NCBI RefSeq assembly: GCF_044324875.1
Contig: NZ_CP172185.1
DNA: 64,000 nucleotides
From: Escherichia coli
GTDB taxonomy: Bacteria; Pseudomonadota; Gammaproteobacteria; Enterobacterales; Enterobacteriaceae
Direction: 5' to 3' (one strand)
Shown piece after piece: positions 1-17,383 of this stretch (the stretch's first letter is position 1; each line of letters opens with the position of its first letter). Both the position numbers and the translations under genes were made by a program. Below the pieces are notes generated by a model. The model was given only the letters and a program-made list of their open reading frames with translations, did not search any database and was not told the origin of the DNA.

Positions 1-1150
1 ATAAGCGTGTAGAAACGGGATACTGCGACAACTGTGCGAGGATCTCTTTCATCGGACGGTTAAGGTCAACGCGCACCGCTTCGCCTTCTCCCGCTTTGCG
101 CAGCTCTTCCGGGATATATTTGCCTGGATTATGTTCCAGTTTTTCGATCCAAATCCCCTGACGGTTGATCTTTGCTTTGATATTACGGTCAGCAGAACAA
201 GAGACGCCCATACCGACCGGGCAGGATGCGCCGTGACGTGGCAGGCGAATCACGCGGATGTCGTGAGCGAAGTATTTACCGCCAAACTGCGCACCCAGAC
301 CAAGATTTTGCGCTTCGATCAGCAATTCTTTTTCCAGTTCCACATCGCGGAACGCCTGTCCGTGCTCATTCCCTTCCGTTGGCAGTTCATCATAGTATTT
401 AGCGGAAGCCAGTTTCACCGTTTTAAGGTTCGTTTCTGCAGAAGTTCCACCAATAACGAACGCAATATGATACGGAGGACAGGCCGCCGTACCCAGCGTG
501 CGCATCTTCTCAACCAGGTAATTTTTCAGTTTCCCCGGCGTTAGTAACGCTTTGGTTTCCTGATAGAGATACGTCTTGTTTGCCGAACCGCCACCTTTGG
601 CGATACAGAGGAATTTGTACTCGTCGCCATCAACGGCATAAAGATCGATCTGCGCTGGTAGATTGGTGCCGGTATTCACCTCTTTATACATATCCAGCGG
701 CGCGTTTTGCGAGTAGCGCAGATTATCTTCGATATAAGTGTTATAGACACCGCGTGCCAGCGCCGCTTCATCACCGCCACCGGTCCATACACGCTGCCCT
801 TTTTTACCAACAATAATCGCGGTGCCGGTATCCTGACAGGTTGGCAGAACGCCTTTCGCCGCGATGTCGGAGTTGCGCAGGAATTGCAGCGCCACATATT
901 TATCATTTTCGCTGGCTTCCGGGTCACGCAGAATGTCGGCCACCTGTTGTTGGTGAGCCGGACGCAGCATAAATGACGCATCATGAAACGCCTGACGCGC
1001 CAACAAAGTTAACGCTTCGGGTGCGACTTTCAAAATCTCCTGCCCTTCAAATTCAGATACGCTAACGTGTTCGCTGGTTAGCAGGTAATACTCAGTATCA
1101 TCTTTTTTGAGTGGAAAAGGAGCCTGATAATGAAAGGGTTTGTTTGACAT
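1..1150 (-). CDS. fumA: Fumarate hydratase class I (5' portion; 3' end lies beyond window start)
   Basis: Reverse-strand translation from ATG at 1150 ([22 protein letters not shown]...) stays open to the window edge and matches class I fumarase; divergent from manA as in K-12. Confidence 0.85.
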   Translation of the reverse strand, partial: MSNKPFHYQAPFPLKKDDTEYYLLTSEHVSVSEFEGQEILKVAPEALTLLARQAFHDASFMLRPAHQQQVADILRDPEASENDKYVALQFLRNSDIAAKGVLPTCQDTGTAIIVGKKGQRVWTGGGDEAALARGVYNTYIEDNLRYSQNAPLDMYKEVNTGTNLPAQIDLYAVDGDEYKFLCIAKGGGSANKTYLYQETKALLTPGKLKNYLVEKMRTLGTAACPPYHIAFVIGGTSAETNLKTVKLASAKYYDELPTEGNEHGQAFRDVELEKELLIEAQNLGLGAQFGGKYFAHDIRVIRLPRHGASCPVGMGVSCSADRNIKAKINRQGIWIEKLEHNPGKYIPEELRKAGEGEAVRVDLNRPMKEILAQLSQYPVSTRL

Positions 1151-1348
1151 TGTTCTCTCACTTACTGCCTGGTTTGGTTATGCTCTGGGCGGGTGTTCCG
1201 TTGCCCTGTTAAAAGCGAGTAACAATATCCTACACACTTTTTTAACAAAAACTGAGACTAGTACGACTTTTTGCGGCTCCAGGTTACTTCCCGTAGGATT
1301 CTTGCTTTAATAGCGGGATTAATTTCCACATATAAACAGGGATTGATC

Positions 1349-2524
1349 ATGCAAAAACTCATTAACTCAGTGCAAAACTATGCCTGGGGCAGCAAAACGG
1401 CGTTGACTGAACTTTATGGTATGGAAAATCCGTCCAGCCAGCCGATGGCCGAGCTGTGGATGGGCGCACATCCAAAAAGCAGTTCACGAGTGCAGAATGC
1501 CGCCGGAGATATCGTTTCACTGCGTGATGTGATTGAGAGTAATAAATCGACTCTGCTCGGAGAGGCCGTTGCCAAACGCTTTGGCGAACTGCCTTTCCTG
1601 TTCAAAGTATTATGCGCAGCACAGCCGCTCTCCATTCAGGTTCATCCAAACAAACGCAATTCTGAAATCGGTTTTGCCAAAGAAAATGCCGCAGGTATTC
1701 CGATGGATGCCGCCGAGCGTAACTATAAAGATCCTAACCACAAGCCGGAGCTGGTTTTTGCGCTGACGCCTTTCCTTGCGATGAACGCGTTTCGTGAATT
1801 TTCCGAGATTGTCTCCCTACTCCAGCCAGTCGCAGGTGCACATCCGGCGATTGCTCACTTTTTACAACAGCCTGATGCCGAACGTTTAAGCGAACTGTTC
1901 GCCAGCCTGCTGAATATGCAGGGGGAAGAAAAATCCCGCGCGCTGGCGATTTTAAAATCGGCCCTTGACAGTCAGCAGGGTGAACCGTGGCAAACGATTC
2001 GTTTAATTTCTGAATTTTACCCGGATGACAGCGGTCTGTTCTCCCCGCTGTTGCTGAATGTGGTGAAATTGAATCCTGGCGAAGCGATGTTCCTGTTCGC
2101 TGAAACGCCGCACGCTTACCTGCAAGGCGTGGCGCTGGAAGTGATGGCGAACTCCGATAACGTGCTGCGTGCGGGTCTGACGCCTAAATACATTGATATT
2201 CCGGAACTGGTTGCCAATGTGAAGTTCGAAGCCAAACCGGCTAACCAGTTGTTGACCCAGCCGGTGAAACAAGGTGCAGAACTGGACTTCCCGATTCCTG
2301 TGGATGATTTTGCCTTCTCGCTGCATGACCTTAGTGATAAAGAAACCACCATCAGCCAGCAGAGTGCCGCCATTTTGTTCTGCGTCGAAGGCGATGCAAC
2401 GCTGTGGAAAGGTTCTCAGCAGTTACAGCTTAAACCGGGTGAATCAGCGTTTATTGCCGCCAACGAATCACCGGTGACTGTCAAAGGCCACGGCCGTTTA
2501 GCGCGTGTTTACAACAAGCTGTAA
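1349..2524 (+). CDS. manA: Mannose-6-phosphate isomerase
   Basis: Start taken at internal ATG giving MQKLINSVQNYAWGSK..., 391 aa; the upstream in-frame extension in the ORF track is unlikely to be real. Confidence 0.95.
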   Translation: MQKLINSVQNYAWGSKTALTELYGMENPSSQPMAELWMGAHPKSSSRVQNAAGDIVSLRDVIESNKSTLLGEAVAKRFGELPFLFKVLCAAQPLSIQVHPNKRNSEIGFAKENAAGIPMDAAERNYKDPNHKPELVFALTPFLAMNAFREFSEIVSLLQPVAGAHPAIAHFLQQPDAERLSELFASLLNMQGEEKSRALAILKSALDSQQGEPWQTIRLISEFYPDDSGLFSPLLLNVVKLNPGEAMFLFAETPHAYLQGVALEVMANSDNVLRAGLTPKYIDIPELVANVKFEAKPANQLLTQPVKQGAELDFPIPVDDFAFSLHDLSDKETTISQQSAAILFCVEGDATLWKGSQQLQLKPGESAFIAANESPVTVKGHGRLARVYNKL

Positions 2525-2582
2525 GAGCTTACTGAAAAAATTAACATCTCTTGCTAAGCTTATTAAAGGCTTATAACACCTT

Positions 2583-2612
2583 CAGGCGGCCAGTCCGCCT
2601 GATTTCATTTTA
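2583..2612 (+). terminator. Rho-independent terminator after manA
   Basis: GC stem CAGGCGG..CCGCCTG followed by a T-rich tract. Confidence 0.5.
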
Positions 2613-2624
2613 TGGATAATCATT

Positions 2625-4133
2625 ATGAATAAATCGCTGGTAGCGGTAGGCGTCATTGTTGCGCTAGGCGTAGTCTGGACAGGCGGCGCATGGTATACAG
2701 GCAAGAAGATTGAAACCCATCTCGAAGACATGGTCGCGCAGGCGAACGCGCAACTCAAACTGACCGCTCCTGAATCCAACCTGGAAGTGAGTTATCAAAA
2801 CTATCATCGCGGCGTATTCAGCAGTCAGCTGCAACTGTTGGTGAAACCCATTGCCGGGAAAGAAAATCCGTGGATTAAAAGCGGTCAGAGCGTCATCTTC
2901 AACGAATCGGTTGATCATGGTCCCTTCCCCCTTGCCCAGCTTAAAAAACTGAACCTGATCCCGTCGATGGCATCAATTCAAACCACGCTGGTTAATAACG
3001 AAGTTAGCAAGCCACTGTTTGATATGGCAAAAGGTGAAACGCCTTTTGAGATTAACTCCCGCATTGGTTACAGCGGAGATTCCAGTTCCGATATTTCGCT
3101 CAAGCCACTGAATTACGAGCAAAAGGATGAAAAAGTCGCCTTTAGCGGCGGCGAGTTCCAGTTAAATGCAGACAGAGACGGCAAAGCTATCTCCCTTTCC
3201 GGGGAGGCGCAAAGTGGTCGGATAGACGCGGTTAACGAATATAACCAGAAAGTACAGTTGACCTTTAATAATCTGAAAACCGACGGTTCCAGCACGCTGG
3301 CAAGTTTTGGTGAGCGCGTAGGAAATCAAAAACTGTCACTGGAAAAAATGACCATTTCAGTGGAAGGCAAAGAACTGGCACTGCTGGAAGGCATGGAGAT
3401 CAGCGGTAAATCGGATCTGGTCAATGACGGTAAAACGATCAATAGCCAACTGGATTACTCGCTAAGCAGCCTGAAGGTACAGAATCAGGATCTGGGCAGC
3501 GGCAAGCTGACTTTAAAAGTCGGCCAGATTGATGGTGAAGCCTGGCATCAGTTTAGCCAGCAATATAACGCGCAAACTCAGGCGCTGCTGGCACAGCCAG
3601 AAATTGCCAACAATCCCGAACTTTATCAGGAGAAAGTGACGGAAGCCTTCTTTAGCGCCCTGCCGCTGATGTTGAAAGGCGATCCGGTGATTACTATCGC
3701 GCCGCTAAGCTGGAAAAACAGTCAGGGTGAAAGTGCGCTGAATCTGTCGCTGTTCCTGAAAGATCCGGCAACGACTAAAGAAGCGCCGCAAACGCTGGCG
3801 CAGGAAGTAGATCGTTCGGTTAAATCTCTGGATGCGAAACTGACCATTCCGGTGGATATGGCAACTGAGTTTATGACTCAAGTAGCGAAGCTGGAAGGTT
3901 ATCAGGAAGATCAAGCAAAAAAACTGGCGAAACAGCAAGTTGAAGGTGCGTCAGCAATGGGGCAGATGTTCCGTCTGACCACCTTGCAGGACAATACCAT
4001 CACCACCAGCCTGCAATATGCTAACGGTCAGATCACGTTAAACGGGCAGAAAATGCCACTGGAAGATTTCGTTGGTATGTTTGCAATGCCGGCATTAAAC
4101 GTTCCGGTCGTACCCGCTCTTCCGCAGCAGTAA
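2625..4133 (+). CDS. ydgA: DUF945 family protein YdgA
   Basis: 502-aa ORF with N-terminal signal/anchor; matches YdgA and its position after manA. Confidence 0.9.
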   Translation: MNKSLVAVGVIVALGVVWTGGAWYTGKKIETHLEDMVAQANAQLKLTAPESNLEVSYQNYHRGVFSSQLQLLVKPIAGKENPWIKSGQSVIFNESVDHGPFPLAQLKKLNLIPSMASIQTTLVNNEVSKPLFDMAKGETPFEINSRIGYSGDSSSDISLKPLNYEQKDEKVAFSGGEFQLNADRDGKAISLSGEAQSGRIDAVNEYNQKVQLTFNNLKTDGSSTLASFGERVGNQKLSLEKMTISVEGKELALLEGMEISGKSDLVNDGKTINSQLDYSLSSLKVQNQDLGSGKLTLKVGQIDGEAWHQFSQQYNAQTQALLAQPEIANNPELYQEKVTEAFFSALPLMLKGDPVITIAPLSWKNSQGESALNLSLFLKDPATTKEAPQTLAQEVDRSVKSLDAKLTIPVDMATEFMTQVAKLEGYQEDQAKKLAKQQVEGASAMGQMFRLTTLQDNTITTSLQYANGQITLNGQKMPLEDFVGMFAMPALNVPVVPALPQQ

Positions 4134-4143
4134 TTCACAGCCA

Positions 4144-4176
4144 AAACGCCGGAGGTTTTTCTCTCCGGCGTTATTT
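4144..4176. terminator. Bidirectional terminator between ydgA and uidC
   Basis: Inverted repeat AACGCCGGAG/CTCCGGCGTT with T-run between convergent genes. Confidence 0.5.
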
Positions 4177-4177
4177 C

Positions 4178-5443
4178 TTACTTCAGCATAAAGTCATACT
4201 GAATACTCATTTTCACATCCCAGTAATTCAGGCGATCGCCCAGCGCACTGCCATCGCGCTTTTCCCGCCCTTTATCGGCAGCAAGAAAGAAATTCATCCC
4301 TTGTAACGGCCCTTCGCTGACCCGATAGTTCATACCACCTAAGATACCCGCGCCTTCAATCCGCACATCTCGTTTACTGGATTCATAGCCGCGAGTCACA
4401 ATCGGTGCAAATGTCAGCGTAAATTGCGGCGTTAAACGATAGTTGACACCCAATTGCCAGGACTGCATTCCTTCACGGTTACGATCAAGACTTAATGAAA
4501 AGGGATAGCCAATGTCGGTATCCACCACGGCACCATTCATTGCATGGCGCAAATAACCACCACTGCCAAATACGCTTCCCCACGGCGCATTCCAGGTCAA
4601 TTGTCCACTAACCAATGCCGTTTCATTGGGCTGGCTGGTATTACGACTTAAACCTTCGAGTTGCGCGTAAAAGCCGAGCAACTCCCCTTTCAACGTATAA
4701 TTCGGGTCAAGCGGTATGCTTTTCTCGAGAATACTTTGTATCTGATTGGATACATCTTTCTGTACCGATGCCCCCAGAGAATAGCGACTGGTATCATCAT
4801 GCCAACTGGCGGCTAAAAAAGAACGTGCGCGGTGTTTATCGTATTTTCCCGTCTGGCTGTTATACACCCCTTCATCACGAATACCGGTTGTTGAATCGGT
4901 CCATAAAAATACTCGTGAACGCCACATTCCCCACAGATCAATATTTGGCGTTAAAGCCCAATAACCTAATGCTCCTTCAGAAACTGTCGGTAATGTACGT
5001 TGCGAACTGCCAGCCATTAACGGAATACGATAAGGTAAGCTACCATAACTATAATCCGTCCCGAAGCGACCTAATTTAAGCAGACTATTTTCACTGGGTT
5101 TTATTTTTACTGCCCCCAGGGCAAAGCCAAAACTTTTATCACCATCAAGATACCACCGGGTACTCATATCAGCACGAGCACCTAATTTATAAACATAATA
5201 CGCTCCGCCTTCAACGCCAATAATATTGGAATAATAACCACTATTGAAATCGAGCAATCCTCCCTGTACCCATGCGTAAATATCTCTTCCCGCGCCAGCA
5301 CTGGGCTTATCAGCCCTGCGCAATTCGTTTTTCAGTCTGATGCGTAGTCCCGCTTCATCGTCAGCCAGTTGCGCCGCGTAAGCAGAGGTAAGGCCAGAGG
5401 CAGCCGTCAGGCAAATAACGGCCATGGCCACTATTTTTCTCAT
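4178..5443 (-). CDS. uidC: Outer membrane porin for glucuronides
   Basis: 421-aa ORF with signal peptide and C-terminal aromatic residue typical of beta-barrel proteins; last gene of uidABC. Confidence 0.9.
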   Translation of the reverse strand: MRKIVAMAVICLTAASGLTSAYAAQLADDEAGLRIRLKNELRRADKPSAGAGRDIYAWVQGGLLDFNSGYYSNIIGVEGGAYYVYKLGARADMSTRWYLDGDKSFGFALGAVKIKPSENSLLKLGRFGTDYSYGSLPYRIPLMAGSSQRTLPTVSEGALGYWALTPNIDLWGMWRSRVFLWTDSTTGIRDEGVYNSQTGKYDKHRARSFLAASWHDDTSRYSLGASVQKDVSNQIQSILEKSIPLDPNYTLKGELLGFYAQLEGLSRNTSQPNETALVSGQLTWNAPWGSVFGSGGYLRHAMNGAVVDTDIGYPFSLSLDRNREGMQSWQLGVNYRLTPQFTLTFAPIVTRGYESSKRDVRIEGAGILGGMNYRVSEGPLQGMNFFLAADKGREKRDGSALGDRLNYWDVKMSIQYDFMLK

Positions 5444-5481
5444 AGTTGCACCTTTGATGTTCTGATTATTTTTATTGAATA

Positions 5482-8714
<3,233 letters not shown>

Positions 8715-9052
8715 TTAACCAATTCTGTATTGCACACAGTTATCTGTGAGAAACCCATGGAAGAGAAATGGAAATAAAAAGAACTGACACCGCGATCAAA
8801 AAACCAAAAACTGCAATACCCACAGCGTGATATAGATCGCATTAATCTTTAAAACAGCGTTGACATAAGCCACAAAATAAGCAATCGAACGTTCGTTCGA
8901 GCATATTGGGAACGATAAACTCTCATGACATATGGCTACAGTGAATATTTGGGGGGAATTCTCCGAACCCAGGAAGGATATTTTTTGCACAGAGAAATTA
9001 CGATATGAAACGCGGGCTCAGTTGTCACCAGCCCGCGGAAAGAGAGAGAGGA

Positions 9053-9643
9053 TCAGGATGCGGTTAAGATACCGCCAATCATCGCGCGTAATCCCTGAGC
9101 AAACGACGCTTCACGCGCCAGATCTTCCGCTTCGATATCGGCCAGTACACCGTAGGTCAGATCCAGCAGTAAACGTGAAGTCATTGCCGTGTTGATGTCT
9201 GGGCTTATCTCGCCTTTTTGCTGGGCATCACGCATCCGCTGGGCAACAAATTCCGTGATCGTCATATGCTTATTTTTAAGCATGGCGGCGACCTGTGGGT
9301 TACGCATCCCTTCCGCCATAATTTCGACCACCAGCGCCCGTTGTCCAAAGGCTTCATGGGTGAGAGAGACAATAGACTCGACCATATAGTCAACGAAATG
9401 AATCCCTTCAATCGGTTCCCGGAAACGGGCCAGCGCCCTCTCCTGGTCCTGTAAGATAATCGCCTGAATCAGGGCTTCTTTGGAGATGAAATGGTGATAG
9501 AGCGTCCCGGGACTAATGGCGCAAGATTTACAGATGGCTTTCATCGAGGCACTGTGAAATCCATTTTCTGAAAAAATCTCTCTGGCAGCATTGAGGATCC
9601 GGGTCCGTGTCGGTTGTGCTTCAGTCTGCATGTTATCCATCAT
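9053..9643 (-). CDS. uidR: TetR-family repressor of the uid operon
   Basis: 196-aa ORF with N-terminal TetR-type HTH; position upstream of uidA. Confidence 0.9.
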   Translation of the reverse strand: MMDNMQTEAQPTRTRILNAAREIFSENGFHSASMKAICKSCAISPGTLYHHFISKEALIQAIILQDQERALARFREPIEGIHFVDYMVESIVSLTHEAFGQRALVVEIMAEGMRNPQVAAMLKNKHMTITEFVAQRMRDAQQKGEISPDINTAMTSRLLLDLTYGVLADIEAEDLAREASFAQGLRAMIGGILTAS

Positions 9644-9863
9644 AAAACCATTATAGTTAGCGTGAATAACTAGTTTACCGCGTTGTCAGGTGAGCGCCTA
9701 TCATTGCTGTTGAATAGTGCGAAGGCACACTCTATTCGTATACTTTTCACTCGGAAATTGGTTAACCAATAGCCGTGATTTGGCTGCCAGTTATTTAGCT
9801 GAGACGTTGATGAGTTTATCCCGGTAAACAACACGCACGGTTGTTTACCGGTCCGTTAGTGTA

Positions 9864-10631
9864 TTAATTGAGCTCCTGTACCCCACCACCGGAGACGGTG
9901 AGAATTTGTCCGCTTACCCAGCTGGCTGCAGGCGAGCAAAGGAACAGCGCCGCGTTAGCAATATCTTGCGGTTGGCCCAGACGTCTAATCGGTGTGTGCT
10001 GTAACATTTTTTGTTCAATTTCAGGTGTAATAACGGATTTCAGGGCATCGGTTAATATTGCCCCCGGCGCAATGCCATTCACCCGAATATTTTTTTCACC
10101 CAGGTCAAACGCCATGTTTCTGACCAGATGACTGGCCGCAGCTTTAGATGATGCATAGGAGGTCATGTTTATATTTTTATTTTCTGCCGCCATAGAAGTA
10201 ATGGTCAGAATAACGCCACCGCCATTTTTTTCCATTTCTGGCGCAACAAGTTGTGACAGATGGAAAAAAGAAAATACATTCAGTTCATAAGCGCGGCGAA
10301 AATCTGCCATTGGCATATCAAACGGTTTAGGCCCACCGCCACCGGCGTTGTTAACCAGGATATCAACTTTACCCAGCTTACTGACGGCAAAGTCTGCCAG
10401 TGCAGAGAGTTCCTGTTCGGAAGTAATATCGCAGCGCCAGGCAAATGCCTGACCACCCAGTTGTTGAATTTCATCTACAACATGATTAGCTGCATCGGCG
10501 TTAATATCACTGACCACCACAGATGCGCCAGCAGTCGCGAATGTAATGGCAATTTCTTTACCAATACCTGCACCGGCACCTGTGATGATGGCACATTTTC
10601 CGTCGAGTCTCAGGTTGTCAGAATTAAACAC
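9864..10631 (-). CDS. hdhA: 7-alpha-hydroxysteroid dehydrogenase (SDR family)
   Basis: 255 aa; GAGAGIG Rossmann motif and YxxxK catalytic motif. Confidence 0.9.
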   Translation of the reverse strand: MFNSDNLRLDGKCAIITGAGAGIGKEIAITFATAGASVVVSDINADAANHVVDEIQQLGGQAFAWRCDITSEQELSALADFAVSKLGKVDILVNNAGGGGPKPFDMPMADFRRAYELNVFSFFHLSQLVAPEMEKNGGGVILTITSMAAENKNINMTSYASSKAAASHLVRNMAFDLGEKNIRVNGIAPGAILTDALKSVITPEIEQKMLQHTPIRRLGQPQDIANAALFLCSPAASWVSGQILTVSGGGVQELN

Positions 10632-10742
10632 ATAAACCTCCTGTGAACTTCAGTAAAAATAAAAGGCACCGCCTGTGTGCCACATTTTTTATCATTAACC
10701 TTGAGGAAAGGACACTACCAGGTATAGCAGATAAAGAGAGGA

Positions 10743-13538
<2,796 letters not shown>

Positions 13539-13547
13539 GGATAAGAT

Positions 13548-14720
13548 ATGTTCGATTTTTCAAAGGTCGTGGATCGTCATGGCACATGGTGTACGCAGTG
13601 GGATTATGTCGCTGACCGTTTCGGCACTGCTGACCTGTTACCGTTCACGATTTCAGACATGGATTTTGCCACTGCCCCCTGCATTATCGAGGCGCTGAAT
13701 CAGCGCCTGATGCACGGCGTGTTTGGCTACAGCCGCTGGAAAAACGATGAGTTTCTCGCGGCTATTGCCCACTGGTTTTCCACCCAGCATTACACCGCCA
13801 TTGATACGCAGTCGGTGGTGTATGGCCCTTCTGTTATCTATATGGTTTCAGAACTGATTCGTCAGTGGTCTGAAACAGGTGAAGGCGTGGTGATCCACAC
13901 ACCCGCCTATGACGCATTTTACAAGGCCATTGAAGGTAACCAGCGCACAGTAATGCCCGTTGCTTTAGAGAAGCAGGCTGACGGCTGGTTTTGCGATATG
14001 GGCAAGCTGGAAGCCGTGTTGGCGAAACCAGAATGTAAAATTATGCTCCTGTGTAGCCCACAGAATCCTACCGGGAAAGTGTGGACGTGCGATGAGCTGG
14101 AGATCATGGCTGACCTGTGCGAGCGTCATGGTGTGCGGGTTATTTCCGATGAAATCCATATGGATATGGTTTGGGGCGAGCAGCCGCATATTCCCTGGAG
14201 TAATGTGGCGCGCGGAGACTGGGCATTGCTAACGTCGGGATCGAAAAGTTTCAATATTCCCGCCCTGACCGGTGCTTACGGGATTATAGAAAATAGCAGC
14301 AGCCGTGATGCCTATTTATCGGCACTGAAAGGACGTGATGGCCTTTCTTCCCCTTCGGTACTGGCGTTAACTGCCCATATCGCCGCCTATCAGCAAGGCG
14401 CGCCGTGGCTGGATGCCTTACGCGTCTATCTGAAAGATAACCTGACGTATATCGCAGATAAAATGAACGCCGCGTTCCCTGAACTCAACTGGCAGATCCC
14501 GCAATCCACTTATCTGGCCTGGATTGATCTACGTCCGTTGAATATTGACGACAACGCGTTGCAAAAAGCGCTTATCGAGCAAGAGAAGGTCGCGATCATG
14601 CCGGGGTATACCTACGGTGAAGAAGGTCGTGGTTTTGTCCGTCTCAATGCCGGGTGCCCGCGTTCGAAACTGGAAAAAGGTGTGGCTGGATTAATTAACG
14701 CCATCCGCGCTGTTCGCTAA
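13548..14720 (+). CDS. malY: Bifunctional cystathionine beta-lyase / MalT-regulon modulator MalY
   Basis: 390-aa PLP aminotransferase-fold protein directly downstream of malX. Confidence 0.9.
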   Translation: MFDFSKVVDRHGTWCTQWDYVADRFGTADLLPFTISDMDFATAPCIIEALNQRLMHGVFGYSRWKNDEFLAAIAHWFSTQHYTAIDTQSVVYGPSVIYMVSELIRQWSETGEGVVIHTPAYDAFYKAIEGNQRTVMPVALEKQADGWFCDMGKLEAVLAKPECKIMLLCSPQNPTGKVWTCDELEIMADLCERHGVRVISDEIHMDMVWGEQPHIPWSNVARGDWALLTSGSKSFNIPALTGAYGIIENSSSRDAYLSALKGRDGLSSPSVLALTAHIAAYQQGAPWLDALRVYLKDNLTYIADKMNAAFPELNWQIPQSTYLAWIDLRPLNIDDNALQKALIEQEKVAIMPGYTYGEEGRGFVRLNAGCPRSKLEKGVAGLINAIRAVR

Positions 14721-14823
14721 CCCCAATTGCGCAACGTAAAAAATCGTTGCGCAATCGTGGATTTTTACCCTGCTTTGTTTTTATAATGGTGCGCACTTTT
14801 ATATCCAGAAAAAGAGTGCGACC

Positions 14824-15825
14824 ATGATTGATACCACCCTGCCATTAACTGATATCCATCGCCACCTTGATGGCAACATTCGTCCCCAGACCATTCTTGA
14901 ACTTGGCCGCCAGTATAATATCTCGCTTCCTGCACAATCCCTGGCAACACTGATTCCCCACGTTCAGGTCATTGCCAACGAACCCGATCTGGTGAGCTTT
15001 CTGACCAAACTTGACTGGGGCGTTAAAGTTCTCGCCTCTCTTGATGCCTGTCGCCGCGTGGCATTTGAAAACATTGAAGATGCATCCCGTAACGGCCTGC
15101 ACTATGTCGAGCTGCGTTTTTCACCGGGCTACATGGCAATGGCTCATCAGCTGCCTGTAGCGGGTGTTGTCGAAGCGGTGATCGATGGCGTATGTGAAGG
15201 TTGCCGTACCTTTGGTGTGCAGGCGAAGCTTATCGGCATTATGAGCCGAACCTTCGGTGAAGCTGCCTGTCAGCAAGAGCTGGAGGCCTTTTTAGCCCAT
15301 CGTGACCAGATTACCGCACTTGATTTAGCCGGTGATGAACTTGGTTTCCCGGGAAGTCTGTTCCTTTCTCACTTCAACCGCGCGCGTGATGCGGGCTGGC
15401 ATATTACCGTCCATGCAGGCGAAGCTGCCGGGCCGGAAAGCATCTGGCAGGCGATTCGTGAACTGGGGGCGGAACGTATTGGACATGGCGTAAAAGCCAT
15501 TGAAGATCGGGCGCTGATGGATTTTCTCGCCGAGCAGCAAATTGGTATTGAATCCTGTCTGACCTCCAATATTCAGACCAGCACCGTGGCAGAGCTGGCG
15601 GCACATCCGCTGAAAACGTTCCTTGAGCATGGCATTCGTGCCAGCATTAACACTGACGATCCCGGCGTACAGGGAGTGGATATCATTCACGAATATACCG
15701 TTGCCGCGCCGGCTGCTGGGTTATCCCGCGAGCAAATCCGCCAGGCGCAGATTAATGGTCTGGAAATGGCTTTCCTCAGCGCAGAGGAAAAACGCGCACT
15801 GCGAGAAAAAGTCGCTGCGAAGTAA
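14824..15825 (+). CDS. add: Adenosine deaminase
   Basis: 333 aa with metal-binding HxH motif near the N-terminus (DIHRHLDGN). Confidence 0.95.
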   Translation: MIDTTLPLTDIHRHLDGNIRPQTILELGRQYNISLPAQSLATLIPHVQVIANEPDLVSFLTKLDWGVKVLASLDACRRVAFENIEDASRNGLHYVELRFSPGYMAMAHQLPVAGVVEAVIDGVCEGCRTFGVQAKLIGIMSRTFGEAACQQELEAFLAHRDQITALDLAGDELGFPGSLFLSHFNRARDAGWHITVHAGEAAGPESIWQAIRELGAERIGHGVKAIEDRALMDFLAEQQIGIESCLTSNIQTSTVAELAAHPLKTFLEHGIRASINTDDPGVQGVDIIHEYTVAAPAAGLSREQIRQAQINGLEMAFLSAEEKRALREKVAAK

Positions 15826-15830
15826 CAAAA

Positions 15831-15860
15831 ATGGATGGTGCTAATTGCACCATCCTCTTT
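15831..15860. terminator. Bidirectional terminator between add and ydgJ
   Basis: Hairpin TGGATGGTGC..GCACCATCC followed by TCTTTT, between convergent genes. Confidence 0.55.
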
Positions 15861-16901
15861 TCACGCAAGGCACAGCGTCGCGCGATGTTTGGCGGATTCG
15901 ATGCCCAGCTCAATCAACTCCATTACCTGGATTGCCTGACTTGCCGGAACCGGATTTTCACCATCGCCATTTAACGCATCACGAATAGCCGCATAGTAAG
16001 CCGGATAATTCCCTGGTACTGTCAACAGCGTTTCTTCGACACGTTCCTCACCTTCCACGCGGGTAAGTACGCCATCACGCATATCGTAGCCCCAGTCTTC
16101 CTGCGGCAGACGCTCGCCATTTTTCAGACGTTCTTCCTGTGGATCGAGGCCATATTTCACATAACTGCCTCGGGATCCATGCACGATATAACGTGCTGAC
16201 TCAGCGGCTGCCAGCATGGTGCCGTGTAAAATGACTCGCCGCTGCGGATAGGACAAGATGGCGTGGAAATAATCAGTCGACTGCGCTCCGGGCCGTAACT
16301 GTGCCAAATCTACCGTCATGCTAACCGGTAAACCAAATAGCGTAATGGCCTGATCAAGAAGATGCGGTGCTAAATCGTACCAGATACCGCTGCCAGGGCC
16401 GCCCTGTTCACGCCAACGATCGCGCACCTGCGGACGGAAGCGGTCAAAATGAGACTCAAAGTAAGCAACTTCACCCAGTACGCCTTCCGCGAGCAAACCT
16501 TTTAGCGTCAGGAAATCGCTATCCCAGCGACGGTTATGGAATACAGACAGCACACGCCCCAGGCTTTTTGCCAGCGCTTCCAGCTCTCGCGCTTGTGACA
16601 GTGTCACGGTAAAGGGTTTATCAACGACCACATGTTTACCCGCCTCAAGCGCCGCTTTGGCTAACGGGAAATGGGTATCGTTGGGTGTAGGAATGACAAT
16701 CAGGTCTATGTTGGGATCGTTAAACAGATGCTTCGGCTCAGAGACAACCGTAACCGTTGGCCAGTCGGCTTTTACTTTTGTTTCATCGCTGCTGGAGATT
16801 ACCGCCAGTTCCAGCCCGGGCGTGCCCGCAATCAGGGGCGCATGGAAGGTTTTGCTCGCATAACCATACCCAATCAACCCAACACGGATGTTGTCGCTCA
16901 T
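15861..16901 (-). CDS. ydgJ: Gfo/Idh/MocA-family oxidoreductase YdgJ
   Basis: Start at internal ATG (MSDNIRVGLIGYGYASKTFHAPLI), 346 aa; Rossmann N-terminus. Confidence 0.85.
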   Translation of the reverse strand: MSDNIRVGLIGYGYASKTFHAPLIAGTPGLELAVISSSDETKVKADWPTVTVVSEPKHLFNDPNIDLIVIPTPNDTHFPLAKAALEAGKHVVVDKPFTVTLSQARELEALAKSLGRVLSVFHNRRWDSDFLTLKGLLAEGVLGEVAYFESHFDRFRPQVRDRWREQGGPGSGIWYDLAPHLLDQAITLFGLPVSMTVDLAQLRPGAQSTDYFHAILSYPQRRVILHGTMLAAAESARYIVHGSRGSYVKYGLDPQEERLKNGERLPQEDWGYDMRDGVLTRVEGEERVEETLLTVPGNYPAYYAAIRDALNGDGENPVPASQAIQVMELIELGIESAKHRATLCLA

Positions 16902-17143
16902 GTCATTGCCTCTCATTGAAGTATGATGGCTATTTGACACTATCCTTTACCCTCGCTCAACAGTTTAATAACCTGCCAGCAATAAGGGATGTTGTTTAAC
17001 TTAAGTCAAAAAAATAGCGAATTTTCCAACGACAAAAGCTAAATATCGCAAAAACCTCAGTAAAAATCTTGCTGGAGCTATTATTGCTAAGTAACATTTA
17101 CCCCCTGAAGTTAATGGATCAATCAACAGAGATGTGGGCTGTA

Positions 17144-17269
17144 ATGAATCGTCTTATTGAATTAACAGGTTGGATCGTTCTTGTCGTTTCAGTCATTCTT
17201 CTTGGCGTGGCGAGTCACATTGACAACTATCAGCCACCTGAACAGAGTACTACGGTACAACACAAGTAA
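17144..17269 (+). CDS. blr: Small membrane protein Blr (41 aa)
   Basis: MNRLIELTGWIVLVVSVILLGVASHIDNYQPPEQSTTVQHK; single TM segment; between ydgJ and cnu. Confidence 0.8.
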   Translation: MNRLIELTGWIVLVVSVILLGVASHIDNYQPPEQSTTVQHK

Positions 17270-17290
17270 GCTCTGCGCTTGTAGAGCGAC

Positions 17291-17383
17291 ATGCTGCCCG
17301 TCCGGGTGCATGTTTTCACTTGTCGGATATTAAACCAGGAATTTATTATCTTGTTCGATGTTGTTGGTGATTGTCAGAGATAG
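17291..17383 (+). CDS. Possible small ORF (30 aa), unverified
   Basis: ATG-initiated ORF MLPVRVHVFTCRILNQEFIILFDVVGDCQR in the blr-cnu intergenic region; no strong SD seen. Confidence 0.2.
   Translation: MLPVRVHVFTCRILNQEFIILFDVVGDCQR

Noticed and set aside
131-984. Several 78-137 aa ORFs on both strands near the window start
   Set aside because: All lie within or antisense to the fumA coding frame, which reads continuously on the minus strand.
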